DNA from: Centroscyllium fabricii
Lineage: Eukaryota
Length of the DNA stretch: 64,000 nt
Direction: 5' to 3'
NCBI GenBank assembly: GCA_051313645.2
Contig: JBNRSN020000007.1
Coordinates: forward strand, 40,176,001-40,240,000
Both the position numbers and the translations under genes were made by a program. Shown in pieces: positions 36,060 through 49,748 of this stretch; positions within the stretch are counted from its first letter, which is position 1, and every line of letters starts with the position of its first letter. The notes below the pieces were generated by a model, which did no database searches, was not told the origin of the DNA, and worked only from the letters and a program-made list of their open reading frames with translations.

Positions 36060-39000
36060 TTAGGTCCGGCGGGGTGAATGGACAGAGCAGTTCATTATGA
36101 GCTTGTCCGGCGGTCGTGTCAGCCTGGAGGACCGCCGGGGCTCCGGTAAGAGTTCGCCGTGTTCCGTACTGTTCGAGTCCGGTGGTGGTGACAGTGACTC
36201 TGGTGCAGGGACTTCGGATGCTGGTGGTCTCAATTGGTCCGAGCCATCGGAATGGTGGTCTTGGGCTGACCACGGCTGGGGGTCTGGATACCTCGGAGGC
36301 CACTGTAGATGCAGGGGGTGTTCCAGATACTGTGGCTGGGCGGGCTGCTGCCCGACCAGGGGCTCTGCTGCGGTGCTCCCTGCGGGCGCCAGGTCCCTGA
36401 TGGAGATGGTGTCCTCGCGCCCGTCTGGGAACTGCACGTAGGCATATTGCGGATTCGCATGCAGAAGCTGCACCTTGTCCACCAGGGGGTCGGTCTTGTG
36501 GCCACGGACGTGTCTTCTAAGGAAGACCGGCCCCGGTGTCGTGAGCCATGGAGGAAGAGCTGTCCCCGAAGTCGACTTCCTGGGGAAGGAAAAAATCAAG
36601 TCACGAGGGGTGGCGTTAGTGGCCGTACACAGTAGAGAGCGTATTGAATGCAGCGCGTCTGGGAGGACTGCCTGCCAATGGGCCACTGGAAGGCCTCTGG
36701 ACTTCAAAGCCAGGGTGACCGCCTTCCAGATGATCCCATTCTCCCTTTCTACCTGGCCATTCCCCCGGGGGTTATAACTGGTCGTTCTGCTCGTGGCAAC
36801 CCCTTTCTGGAGCAAAAACTGACGCAGTTCATCGCTCATGAACGATGACCCCCGGTCGCTATGGATGTAGTTGGGGAGACCGAAAATGGCGAACAGCGTG
36901 GTGAAGTGTTTTATCACCGTTGCGCTCGTCATATCTGCGCAGGGGAAGGCGAAGGGGAAGCGGGAGAACTCATCTACGACCGTGAGGAAGTATGAGTTGC
37001 GGTCGGTGGTGGGGAGGGGGCCTTTGAAGTCCACGCTTAGACGTTCAAAGGGGCGGGTGGCCTTAATGAGGTGCACCGTGTCTGGCCGGAAAAATTGGGG
37101 TTTGCACTCGGCGCAAACAGGGCACTCTCGGGTCATAGCCTTGATCTCCGTGATGGAGTAGGGGAGGCTACGGGATCTAACGAATTGGGCGAGTCTGGTG
37201 ACACCCGGTTGGCAAAGGCGGTCGTGGAGGTCCTTCAGCCGGTCTAGCTGGGCACCGGCGCACGTTCCCCTGGACAGTGCGTCCGGGGGTTCATTGAGTT
37301 TTCCTGGTCGGTAAAGAATGTCATACTCGTAAGTCGAGAGTTCGATCCGCAACCGCAGGATCTTATCATTCTTGATCTTACCCTTCTGTTTATTATTAAA
37401 CATAAACGCCACCGACCGTTGGTCTGTGAGAAGGGTAAAACGCTTACCGGCCAGGTAATGACGCCAGTAGCGCACGGCCTCCACGATGGCCTGGGCCTCC
37501 TTTTCCACTGCAGAGTGGCGAGTTTCGGGTCCCTGTAAGGTGCGGGAGAAAAACGCTACGGGCCTGCCTGCCTGATTCAGGGTGGCAGCAAGGGCGAAGT
37601 CCGAAGCGTCGCTCGCCACCTGGAAGGGAATGGATTCATCAACAGTGTGCATGGTCGCTTTGATGATGTCTTCCTTTATCCGGGCGAATGCCGTTTGGGC
37701 TTCTACCGAGAGGGGGAAGATGGCAGCTTTGAGCAGTGGTCTAGCCTTGTCCGCGAACTGTGGGACCCATTGTGCATAATAGGAGAAAAATCCTAGGCAT
37801 CTCCTCAAGGCTTTGGGGTTGTGAGGTAGGGGCAGTTCTTGTAGGGGGCGCATACGCTGTGGGTCGGGGCCGAGGACCCCGTTCTCCACCACGTATCCGA
37901 GGATGGCGAGCCGGTCTGTATTAAAGACACATTTGTCCTTGTTATACGTAAGGTCCAGCTTATCCGCCGTATCAAGGAATTTGGCCAGGTTGGCATCGTG
38001 GTCCTGCTGGTCATGGCCGCAGATGGTCACGTTGTCCAGGTAAGGGAAGGTGGCCCGCAACTCGTTCTGGTCAACCATGCGGTCCATCTCCCGTTGGAAC
38101 ACTGACACTCCGTTGGTCATGCCGAAGGGGACCCGGAGGAAGTGGTAGAGCCGGCCGTTCGCCTCGAAGGCGGTGTACGGGCGGTCGGCTTTCCGGATCG
38201 GGAGTTGGTGATACGGCGATTTAAGGTCGATTGTGGAGAACACCTTATATTGGGCGATCTGATTGACCATGTCCGAGATGCGGGGGAGGGGGTAGGCGTC
38301 GAGCCCGGTGTAGCGGTTGATAGTCTGGCTGTAATCGATAACCAGCCGCTGTTTCTCGCCAGACTTCACCACTACCACCTGGGCCCGCCAGGGGCTGGTG
38401 CTGGATTCAATTATCCCCTCCTTTAGCATACGCCCGACCTCCGGCCTGATAAACGTGCGATCCCCCACACTGTACCGCCGACTCTTAGTAGCAATTGGTT
38501 TGCAGTTAGGGTCGAGGTTGGCGAACAATGAGGGGGGGTCGATTTTCAGGGTGGAGAGGCCGCAGGCCGGGCTCCGCTTTGGGAAGGGACTGTCCCGGCT
38601 ACTGACGGTGAGGGGGGCAAGGTCCCGCCGAACTCCATTGTCACGCTCTTGAGGTGGCACTGGAAATCCAGACCGAGTAAGGCTGGGCACACAACTGTTT
38701 GAGGGTGTACAATTTAAAATTACGGTACACGCAACCCTTGACTGTGAGCGTGACGGAGCAGTAGCCGGTGACGTCCGCGGTGTGGGACTGTGAAGCAAGG
38801 GAGACTTGGTAGCGCGTGGGCAGGACCTGCAGTCCGCAGCGCTGCACTGTATCGGGGTGTACAAAACTCTCTGTGCTTCCAGTGTCGAACAGACAATTTT
38901 TAATATGGCCGTTAATTTTAATCGGCATGATCGATTTTGAAAGGTTGTGTGGCCTAGCCTGGTCCACTTTGGGTATGGCTGAGGCCGAAGGGTGCCTTTG

Positions 39001-40167
39001 TGTGTGGGGGCCCCCTGCTTGTTGGGGCTGTACACAAAATGGCGGCGCCCCTGGCTCGCACATGGCGGGGCACTGGAGACAAAATGGCGCCGCCGAGGGG
39101 TCGCACATGGTGGGCCGCTGGAGACAAGATGGCGGCGCCCCTGGTTCGCACACGGCTGACCGCTGTGAGCGCGCTGGCGGCGCCCGTGGTTCGCACGCAG
39201 CGGGCCGCGGTGACTGGGTTGGCGGTGCCCGTGGTTCGCACGCAGCGAGCCGCGGTGATTGGGTTGGCGGTGCCAGTGATTCGCACGCAGCGGGCTGCGC
39301 CGAGTCTGCCGCTGGTGTTGGGGGGTGCCGTGGCTGAGCTTGGCGTGCCGTGGGTGCAGCCGGCCTTTGCCGCATCAGGGTGGGAGATGGAGGCGCTTTT
39401 CTTCTACCCCCGGACCGTCGCTGGATCGCGCTGCTATTGCAGCTTACCTGAGGTCTGGCGGAGCTTTCACAGGCTGCGCTGTTGTACCTGGAGTTGGGCG
39501 CTGCTGGTGCTGATCTGCAGGCCTTCGCGTAGTGTCCCTTTTTGGAGCACCTCTCACAGGTCGCGGTCCGTGCTGGGCATCTCGCTCGTGGATGCAGTCC
39601 CTGCCCGCAGAAATAACACCGTTTGTCCTTTGCAGCTGTTGCAGCCATCGTGGGGGTCTCGACCCGTTGTGGTGCTGTCCAGGCCTGGGCCCGTTGTGGC
39701 GCGGCCCACATGTCGTAGGTCTGCGGGTTTGTGCCGCTGTACGCCTGCAGCTTGTTGCATGCCCCTTCTATGGAGTTAGCTATGGAGATCGCCTCCTCTA
39801 GGTTCAAAGAGTCCTTTTCGAGCAGCCGCTGTCGGGCTTCCACACACCTCAGGCCTGTTACATACGCGTCCCGGACGAGGAGATTCGCCTCTTCCTCTGC
39901 TGTCCCTGCTTGGCAGCCACAGACCCGTACCAGGGCTTGGAGTGCTTGTTCGAATTGTTCGTTAGTCTCACCCGGTAGTTGTGGTCTGGTCGCGAGCACA
40001 TGTCTGGCATGGACCGAGTGGACCGGGCGCTCGTAGCATTTCCGCAGTTTTTCCACTGCCGCTGGGTAGGTTTTGGCATCTCTGATGAGGGAGAATACTC
40101 GGCTGGAGATCCTAGACCGGAGAACCTGCAATTTGTTCCCGTCGGTTGTAACCTTGGCGGCGTCCAT
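36060..40167 (-). pseudogene. gag-pol of element B
   Basis: ORFs 38641-40167 (gag, PR) and 36060-39035 (RT YLDN, RH, IN); single-base frameshifts near 38615 and 38685. Confidence 0.92.
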
Positions 40168-40529
40168 ATAGGTGACGTATCGTCAATACCTTAGATTAAA
40201 AGAGTCGACAAGTAGTTACCGAAACTAAAGGCTTTTAATCGCTAAAGAACGGAGCTACCCTCCGGAACGAACTTCAATACAGGAATGAGGAGCCTCGGTC
40301 AGTTTCCACCTATAAAGTGGCCTCACCTGGGGGAGGTGTTAGAGGTGTGGCTGACCTGGCTCCCAACAGTATCACACAGTATACAGGGCTGTGCCTTACA
40401 TCTGCACAGCCCATTATTAGTACAATAATAACAGTGGTAAACAACAATACAAGGGTTACCACATTCACCCCTTCTTGAAAATTATAAGTCCGGGGGGGGG
40501 GGGGGGGGGCGTGAATGGGCCGAACAGTT

Positions 40530-43500
40530 CATGATCAGTCTTTCCGGCGGTCGTGTCTGCCTGGTGGACCGCCGGCGTTCCGGTGTTGGTGGTGGTGCCT
40601 CCTGGTTCGCACCACTTGCATCTGCCAGTGGTGACTGCTGATCGGGTGCCGTGGCTTCTGGTGGCGCCGGATCTGGCTGGTCCCCGCCGTCCGGGTCGTA
40701 GTTCTGTACTGGGAAGCTCAGGGGCCATCGTGTGTCTGGTGGGTTTACCGGATACTGCAGCTGAGCGGCCGCTGGCCGGCCAGGGGCTCTGCGGTGGTGC
40801 TTCCTGCGGGAGCCAGGTCCCTGATGGACACGGTGTCCTCACGCCCGTCCGGGAACTGCACGAATGCGTAGTGGGGGTTCGCGTGTAGGAGCTGTACCTT
40901 GTCCACCAGGGGGTCCGTCTTGTGGCTCCGGACATGTCTTCTAAGCCAAACCGGCCCCGGAGCCGTCAGCCATGGAGGAAGAGCTGTCCCCGAAGTCGAT
41001 TTCCTAGGGAAGGAGAAAATCAGATCGTGCGGGGTGGTGTTAGTAGCAGTACACAATAGAGAGCGTATAGAGTGCAGCGCGTCTGGGAGGACTGCCTGCC
41101 AATGGGACACTGGAAGGCCTCTGGACTTGAGAGCCAGGGTGACCGCCTTCCAAATGATCCCATTCTCCCTTTCTACCTGGCCATTCCCCCGGGGGTTATA
41201 ACTGGTCGTTTTGCTCGTGGCAACCCCTTTCTGGAGCAGAAACTGGCGCAGTTCATCGCTCATGAACGATGACCCCCGGTCGCTATGGATGTAGCTGGGG
41301 AGACCGAAAATGGCGAACAGCGTGGTGAAGTGTTTTATCACCGTTGCGCTCGTCATATCTGCGCAGGGGAAGGCGAAGGGGAAGCGGGAGAACTCATCCA
41401 CTACCGTGAGGAAGTATGAGTTGCGGTCGGAAGAAGGGAGGGGGCCTTTGAAGTCCACGCTGAGACGTTCAAAGGGGCGGGTGGCCTTAATGAGGTGCGC
41501 CGTGTCTAGCCGGAAAAAGTGGGGTTTGCACTCGGCGCAGACAGGGCACTCTCGGGTCATAGCCTTGATCTCCGTGATGGAGTAGGGGAGGCTACGGGAT
41601 CTAACGAAGTGGGCGAGTCTGGTGACACCCGGGTGGCAAAGGCGGTCGTGGAGGTCCTTCAGCCGGTCGAGCTGGGCACTGGCGCACGTTCCCCTGGACA
41701 GTGCGTCCGGGGGTTCATTAAGTTTACCTGGTCGGTAAAGAATGTCATACTCGTAAGTCGAGAGTTCGATCCGCCACCGCAGGATCTTATCATTCTTGAT
41801 TTTACCCCGTTGTTTATTATTAAACATAAACGCCACCGACCGTTGGTCGGTGAGCAGGGTAAAACGCTTACCGGCCAGGTAATGACGCCAGTAGCGCACG
41901 GCCTCCACGATGGCCTGGGCCTCCTTTTCCACTGCAGAGTGGCGAGTTTCGGGTCCCTGTAAGGTGCGGGAGAAAAACGCTACGGGCCTGCCTGCCTGAT
42001 TCAGGGTGGCAGCAAGGGCGAAGTCTGAAGCGTCACTCTCCACCTGGAAAGGGATGGATTCATCAACGGCGTGCATGGTCGCCTTGATAATATCTTCTTT
42101 TATCCTTGCGAATGCCGTTTGGGCTTCTACAGAAAGGGGGAAGACGGCAGCCTTGAGGAGTGGTCTAGCCTTATCTGTGAACTGTGGGACCCATTGTGCA
42201 TAATAGGAGAAAAATCCTAGGCATCTCCTCAAGTCTTTGGGGGTGTGAGGTAGGGGCAGTTCTTGCAGGGGTCGCATACGCTGTGGGTCGGGGCCGAGGA
42301 CCCCGTTCTCCACCACGTATCCGAGGATGGCGAGCCGGTCTGTATTAAAGACACATTTGTCCTTATTGTACGTAAGGTCCAGCTTGTCCGCCGTGGCGAG
42401 GAATTTGGCCAGATTGGCATCGTGGTCCTGCTGGTCGTGGCCGCAGATAGTCACGTTGTCCAGGTAAGGGAAAGTGGCCTGCAAGTCATTTTGGTCAACC
42501 ATACGGTCCATCTCCCGTTGGAACACCGACACTCCGTTGGTCACGCCAAAGGGGACCCGGAGGAAGTGGTAGAGCCGACCGTTCGCCTCGAAGGCGGTGT
42601 AGGGGCGGTCGGCTTTCCGAATCGGGAGCTGATGATACGCCGATTTAAGGTCGATCGTGGAGAACACCTTGTACTGGGCGATCTGATTGACCATTTCCGA
42701 GATGCGGGGAAGGGAGTAGGCGTCGAGCCCGGTGTAGCGGTTGATAGTCTGGCTGTAATCGATAACCAGCCGCTGTTTTTCGCCAGACTTCACCACTACA
42801 ACTTGGGCGCGCCAGGGGCTGGTGCTGGCTTCAATTATCCCCTCCTTCAGCATCCGCCCGACCTCCGACCTGATAAAAGTGCGATCCCCCTCACTGTACC
42901 GCCGACTCTTAGTAGCAATGGGTTTGCACTTCGGATCGAGGTTGGCGAACAGCGAAGGGGGGTCGATTTTCAGGGTGGAGAGGCCGCAGGCTGGGCTCCG
43001 CTTTGGGAAGGGATTGTCCCGGCTACTGACGGTGAGGGGGGCAAGGTCCCGCCGAACTCCATTGTCACGCTCTTGAGGTGGCACTGGAAATCCAAACCTA
43101 GTAAGGCTGGGGCACACAACTGCTGGAGGGTATACAATTTAAAATTACGGTACACGCGCCCCTTGACGGTGAGCGTGACGGAGCAGTAGCCGATGACGTC
43201 CGTGGTGTGGGACTGTGAAGCAAGGGAGACTTGATAGTTAGTGGGCAGGACCTGCAGTCCGCAGCGCTGCACTGTATCGGGGTGTACAAAACTCTCAGTG
43301 CTTCCTGTGTCGAAAAGGCAGTTAACAGTATGGTCATTAATCAAAATAGGCATTATAGAGTTAGACAGGGTATGTGGCCTGTCCTGGTTCACTCTGATTC
43401 TGGCTGCCGCAGCCGTACGTTTCTGTGTGCTTGGGGCCCCTGCTGGTCGGGGCTGTACACAAGATGGCGGCGCCCCTGGCCCGCACATGGTGGGGCCCTG

Positions 43501-44918
43501 GATACAAGATGGCGGCGCCCCTGGCCCGCACATGGAGGGGCCCTGCTTACAAAATGGCGGCGCCCCTGGCTCGCACATGGTGGGCCGCTGTGAGCGCGCT
43601 GGCGGCGCCCGTGATTCGCACGCAGCGGACCACGGTGATCGGGTTGGCGGTGCCCGTGATTCGCACGCAGCGGGCCGCGGTGGTCGGGTTGGCGGTGCCC
43701 GTGATTCGCATGCAGCCGGCCGCGTTGGGGGGTCGCGCTTGGCCGGCCTTTGCCGCATCGGGGTGGGGGATGGGGGCACTTGTTGTCTACGCCCGGAGTG
43801 TTGCTGGATCGCGCTGCTATTGCAGCTTACCTGGTGTCTGTCGGTGCTCTCACAGGCTGCACTGTTGTACCTTTGGTTAGACGCTGCTGGAGCTGATCTG
43901 CAGGCTTTAGCGTAGTGCCCTTTCTTAGCGCATCTCTCACAGGTCGCTGTCCTGGCTGGGCATTTCGCTCGTGGGTGCAGTCCTTGGCTGCAGAAGTAGC
44001 AGCGCTTGTCTTTTGTGGCTGTCGCAGCCATCGTGGGGGTCTCGGCCCGTTGTGGTGCTGCCCAGGTGTGGTAACCCTTATATGGTTACCATTGCCTTAT
44101 ATGGTTACCATTGTATAGTACCATTGTACTGCTGGGAGCCAGGTCAGCCACACCCCCAACTCCTCCCCCAGGTGTAAGGTGATATAAGGTGTGGCCAGAC
44201 CCAGCTCCTTCATTCTTGTATGTGAACTTGTGAGGAGACTAGCTCCATTCTTTATCAATTAAAAGCCTTGTATTTCGGTACTTACGAGTCGCCTTTTGAT
44301 TGAGTTAGCGGCTACGCTACACCAGGCCTGGGCCTGTTGTGGCGCGGCCCATATGTTGTAGGGCGCGGCCCAGCGGTTAGTGCCGCTGTACGCCTGTAAC
44401 TTGCTTCGGGCCCCCTCTACTGATTTGGCTATCTTAGTCGCCTCCTCGAGGAATAGATTGTCTTTCTCAAGTAGCCGCTGGCGGGCTTCCACACACCTTA
44501 GTCCCGTAACGTAAGCGTCCCGGACGAGGAGTTCTGCCTCCTCTTCCTCTGTTCTGGCTTGGCAGCCACAGACCCGTACCAGGGCCAGGAGCGCTTGCTC
44601 GAACTGCTCATTGGACTCACCCGGTAGCTGAGATCTGGTCGCAAGCACATGTCGGGCGTAGACCGAATGGACCGGGCGCTCGTAGCATTTTCGTAGTTGT
44701 CGTACGGCCGCTACGTAGGTTGAGGCATTCCTGATGAGGGTGAATACCCTGCTGGAGATCCTCGACCGGAGGACCTGCAGTTTGTTCCTGTCCGATGTAG
44801 CCTTGGCGGGGTCCATGTAGGCCTCCAGGAGGCCGAACCAGTGTTCGAACGTGGTAGCAGCGGCAGGGTCCTGGGGACTGATGTCCAGCTTCTCAGGTTT
44901 AACTGCGCTGCTCTCCAT
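40530..44918 (-). pseudogene. gag-pol of element C
   Basis: ORFs 44259-44918, 42970-44031 and 40745-43117; gag split by a solo LTR; frameshift near 43040. Confidence 0.92.
44067..44321 (+). mobile_element. Solo LTR of a related family inside gag of C
   Basis: TGTGGTAACC...GCTACA; TSD CCAGG. Confidence 0.92.
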
Positions 44919-45635
44919 TTTAAAATATTTAGCGATTAAAATTGACGTATCGTCAATACCTTAGATTAAAAGAGTCGACGAGTAGTTACCGAAACTAAAG
45001 GCTTTTAATCGCTAAAGAACGGAGCTACCCTCCGGAACGAACTTCAATGCAGGAATGAGGAGCCTCGGTCAGTTTCCACCTATAAAGGGGCCTCACCTGG
45101 GGGAGGAGTTAGAGGTGTGGCTGACCTGGCTCCCAACAGTATCACACAGTATACAGGGCTGTGCCTTACATCTGCACAGCCCATTATTAGTACAATAATA
45201 ACAGTGGTAAACAACAATACAAGGGTTACCACAATAGGCCTCCTTGAGACCGAACCAGTGTTTGAACGTGGTGGCGGCGGCTGGGTCCTGTGGACTGGTG
45301 TCCAGCTTCTCTGGCTTTACCGCACCGCTCTCCATTTCAAATTTTTAAGTTAATAAAATTGACGTATCGTCAATTTGTCTTAATAAAAGACTAAACGAGT
45401 AGTGACCTTAACTATAGGCTTTTATTAACCTACTTTGGAGCTACCCTCCGATCAAACATCCAGAACAGAATGAGGGAGCCTGGTCAGTCCTCACCTATAA
45501 AGGGCCTCACCTGGGGGAGGAGTTAGAGGTGTGGCTGACCTGGCTCCACGACAGTGTTGCAAAGCGGTGTATCATACAAAGCCAATATTGGCGACAATAC
45601 TACAGTGGTGACGTATACACAATATGGTTACCACA

Positions 45636-46960
45636 GTTTGTTTTTTCAGAAAGCATTTGATAAAGGGGCACCATGCGGACTTGTTGCAAAGATGGGGCTT
45701 AAAGGCAATGTGGCAGAATGAATAGAGAGATAGCTGAAGATTAGAAAGCAGAGAGTAGAAGCAAATGGATATTTCCTGCTTTGGCGAGATGGAGCTATTG
45801 GTGTGCACATCTGTGTTGCAACTTTTTTTGTTGTCTATCTATATAAGTGATCTGGACATGGACACAGAGGGGGTAATATCAACATTTGATGGCAATACCA
45901 AATTAGGGAGCATGGAAAATAGGAAGAATGTGGAAACTGCAGAAGTATATGAAGAGAAAAAAATGTGCAGCTTGTGGTAAACCACTGTATATATAAGTTT
46001 GTACCTGTATGCATTGTGTGTGTGACCTCCATTGTTTGTACATAGTCTTTCATGTATAGCTTGTCTGGGCATGCCCGTGCTGACCCCGCCTGTGGCTCCT
46101 CCTCCCCAGACCCAGGTATAAAGGCGACTGTCTCCCTCCCCCCAATCATTCTGGGATCAGTTGACTAGCTGGGGCATGCTCATGTCTTAGTGAATAAAAG
46201 CCTTTAGTTCACTCCACAACTTCTCGTCTCTGAAGTTATTGATAAGGCATCACAGCTACATGGCAAATACAGTTCATCATAGATAAATATGTTGGGTAAA
46301 GGAGCAGAGAATAGATCTATATCCATAACAGTAAAATTGGCAATGGAGTTAGAAAATAATGAGATCTAGGGCTGTAAAAAAAAAAGATCTTTAAAGGAAG
46401 AATTACAGATGGGAAACACTATGAAAATGTCAAATGGGATTTTGAGGTTTATTTACAAAGGGTTAGAAAAGAAAAAGGCGACGATAAATCTTATGATGAA
46501 TCTGTACAAGTCATTGGCGAGGCTACAGTTGGAATATTGTGTGGAGTTTTGAGCATCTCTTACAGAAAGAATATTGAAGCCATGGAAAAGCTGCAACCTA
46601 GATTCACTGGGATGATACCACGGATGAGTGAATATAGCTACGATGAGGGACATAAAAACAAAACTCGGGCTGTATTCACTGAAGCAGAGAAGGTTAAGAG
46701 GATCAAATTGAAGTGTTCCAAATTTTTTAAAAGGTTTAAGAGGGTAAATAGTGAAACATTATCCCTATTGTTCAATAAATTCGTAACAAGAGGACATAAT
46801 TTCAGGCTTAGTGCAGTACTAGAAAAATATAGAGATAGGTTGTTTAGCAGAATACTTTCACTCGAAGGGTTGTTCAAATATGGAATGCATTATCATAAGC
46901 GATCATTGAAGGTGAGTCAATCACAATATTGAAAAAGACAAATATCAGAGTAGATAGTTC
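45636..46960 (+). mobile_element. Old degenerate CR1 ORF2 fragment
   Basis: FQKAFDK-like, YISDLD, LEYCVEF, TRGHNFR remnants. Confidence 0.75.
45973..46252 (+). mobile_element. Solo LTR
   Basis: TGTGGTAAACC...GCATCA; TSD CAGCT; similar to LTRs at 5933 and 31520. Confidence 0.9.
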
Positions 46961-47020
46961 CAATGTGGAACTAGAACTGTCACAGGGACAATGAGACAAT
47001 TGTGTCCTGCTGTGCTGCTG

Positions 47021-47811
47021 GGGGGGGATTTTCGGTGGGGTGGGGAGGTGCTTAAAATCCCGAAACCGGGGGGGGTCCTGACCCCTCCCACCGGACCCCG
47101 CTGCTTTGCGGTTCTCGGGCAGGATGTCCAGCCAACCCGAATCTTTCCCGCCCGCCACCGGCGGGGGTGATTGTTGAGGTACTTAGGTGCCCTTAATTGA
47201 CATGGGTAATCCCATTTTAAGGGCCCCTCATGATTTTTACGCCCTTCCCACCCATTCCCGGCCATCCTGAAACCCCGCCCGTGAAACCCAGCGAGATCTC
47301 AGTCGACTTGGTCACTTTCACCTTCAAGGCATTGAAGGATCTACAGCAGAATGTCTTCCAGGCCTTCAACACCCTGGAAGTGTAAGTGACTCCCTTGGGT
47401 GAAGACCAGCTGTGAAGAAAACACTGAAATCACTTACCTTGGCAGATACTGCACTGCTTCACAGAGAGACGTCCCCTCAGTGTGAAAGCTTTGCAGCGTG
47501 TCCTTAGACCTGTCACTCAATCCACTTGGGCTTTGAGATTGGCTGCACTCCATTGTGATGTCACAATGGACTGTTTCCATAGAAACTAACAACACACCAT
47601 CCCTAGAACTGCCAATCAAATCTGGGGCTGTCAACTGCAGCCGGCTGCTTTCTGACTGGAATTTGTGTATTGACAGGGGCTTCCCAGACACAAGCAATTA
47701 ATTGGCCAGTTAAGCCAAAATTGCGTGGGGTTCCCAGGCCCTCAAACATTCATGTCATAAAACTGACATGCCCAAAACACGCCAGCTTCCTACACCTTTG
47801 CGAAAATCCCC
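47021..47811. mobile_element. Harbinger-like MITE
   Basis: TIR GGGGATTTTCG / CGAAAATCCCC; probable CTG TSD. Confidence 0.6.
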
Positions 47812-48179
47812 CTGATATTTCTGTGATTCCATGACCTTGTGACTTATATTATGGCTCAGTACCACACCATGCAGGGTATTGCCTCACTAGATCATCAGGA
47901 AGCCACAATCTGGGATGTATAAATGTCATCTTAAGATTTCAAAGATCAGCTAATAACATACAGAGCAAAAGGAAATCATTTTGTTTGCATTTGCAGAAAA
48001 TATGTGTTGAAGATATTCAGTATTTTTTGTGGCAAAGTACTCTTTTTCCATTAAATTTGATATATTCCTTCCTTGTTGGAGGATTTCTCTCTTTTAGGGA
48101 GTATCAGTGAATATCAAATTGTCAATGAGAAACAGCTACTAAAATGTAACTTTTTGACATCTTTAACTAAATCCATACA

Positions 48180-48785
48180 ACAGCTGTACAAGGCACTGGT
48201 GAGACCACACCTCGAGTATTGTGTACAGTTCTGGTCGCCTCGCCTGAGAAAGGATGTTCTTGCCATGGAAGGAGTGCAGCGGCGTTTCACCAGGCTGATT
48301 CCGGGAATGGCAGGAATGACCTACGAGGAGAGATTGTGTAGTCTGGGCTTGTACTCGTTGGAGTTTAGAAGATTGAGAGGCGATCTCATTGAGACGTATA
48401 AAATTCTGAAAGGTCTGGACAGGTTAGATTCAGAGAGAATGTTTCCAATGGCGGGGGAGTCCAGAACCAGGGGCCACAGTCTAAGGATAAGGGGTAAACC
48501 ATTTAGGACAGACATGAGGAAGAATTTCTTCACTCAGAGAGTGGTGGGCCTGTGGAATTCCCTGCCACAGAGGGCGGTGGAGGCCAGTTCATTAAACATA
48601 TTCAAGAGGGAATTGGATATATTTCTTCAAGCTAAAGGGATTAAAGGTTATGGAGAAAAGGCGGGGACGGGGTACTAGCTTGCTAAAGATCAGCCATGAT
48701 CTCATTGAATGGCGGAGCAGGCTCGAAGGGCTGAATGGCCTACTCCTGCTCCTATCTTCTATGATTCTATGATTCTATGATTAAA
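48180..48785 (+). mobile_element. CR1/HER1-type LINE 3' fragment
   Basis: QLYKALVRPHLEYCVQFW...EKAGTGY; (GATTCTAT)n tail. Confidence 0.93.
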
Positions 48786-48896
48786 ATGACTAGGACCGGG
48801 AATGTGTTTTACCAGTCATGGCACCAAACATTCAAAATGCAGATCACAACTGGCATAAGCCTTCAAAAAGCTCAGGTTTTCTCCTTCATGCCTAAT

Positions 48897-49748
48897 GGGC
48901 CCTGTTTTCCTGTGCTCCAGAGGAGCTGCACCCCCACGAAGGGGGGTCAGAAATGCCTCGTGGGTGTGCAGCACGGGGGATGCCCACGAACGGGAATTTC
49001 CTGTGCTGATGGGCAAGGCCCTTCAGCTCCCAACGCAGGAAGACCTTGCACTGACAATTTCCTGACGATTTCCTGTCAGAACGGGTGATTTTTAGAGAGT
49101 GATTCCGTGTGCAACTGGCTCACAAGCTGCCCACGAAAAAACCAGGAGTAAGAGGGAGAAGATTTAGTTTTTGAAGCAGGTAAGTTAATTTTTTTACTTT
49201 AATTTTAATTTTTTACTGTTTTGGGGAGTAGTGTGGCCAGATCGGTAGCGTTAAATTTTTAAGTTAAAGTTTTTTTAAAAAAATTACAAATCCGATTTTA
49301 AGTTAATTTACCTGTTTCAAATCGCTAATTTTTAAAGTTAAATTTCTGAAATTTTTAACTCTCTAGCTAATTTAAAAAATTAAAAAATCTAAGAGGAAAA
49401 AATGGTTGACTTACCTTCCGTTTCTTCCTCTGAGAAGCTGCTGTGCCCCCGCGCTGCTTCCCGCGAGTCTGTTGTGCAGCTCCGCACTTCCCTGCTCTCA
49501 CTAAGGTCCGACTCGGGATCTCGTCATTTAAATTAGGGATCTGGGGGGCGTTTCTTATTTAAATTTGGGATCTGTGGGGGCATGGCTGGTCACGCACCAA
49601 CAAAAGCCAGACCCCTACGCAGCACCCGAAGACGTTTTTTTTTTACAGGAAATTGACGTTCTGTTTTCTGAAAAAAGTTGGTGCGTGCGATTAGGCATCC
49701 CCAGGGTCCTAGCGCATGCACTAACCAGCACACAGGAAAACAGGGCCC
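48897..49748. mobile_element. MITE family M1 (AAT TSD)
   Basis: 18-bp TIR GGGCCCTGTTTTCCTGTG; TSD AAT. Confidence 0.92.

Larger units (their letters stand above)
40173..45233 (-). mobile_element. Gypsy element C (non-tRNA PBS clade) nested in B
   Basis: 291-bp LTRs 40173-40463 and 44943-45233 (about 4 differences); TSD ATAGG. Confidence 0.95.
35764..45635 (-). mobile_element. Gypsy element B (non-tRNA PBS clade), gag interrupted by element C
   Basis: 276-bp LTRs 35764-36039 and 45360-45635; TSD GTTTG; gag starts at 45335 and resumes at about 40167. Confidence 0.95.

Noticed and set aside
42263-43915. Long antisense ORFs over Gypsy pol (308 aa, 224 aa and similar elsewhere)
   Set aside because: Expected shadows of GC-rich coding sequence; not kept at the same length in sister elements; no recognisable domains
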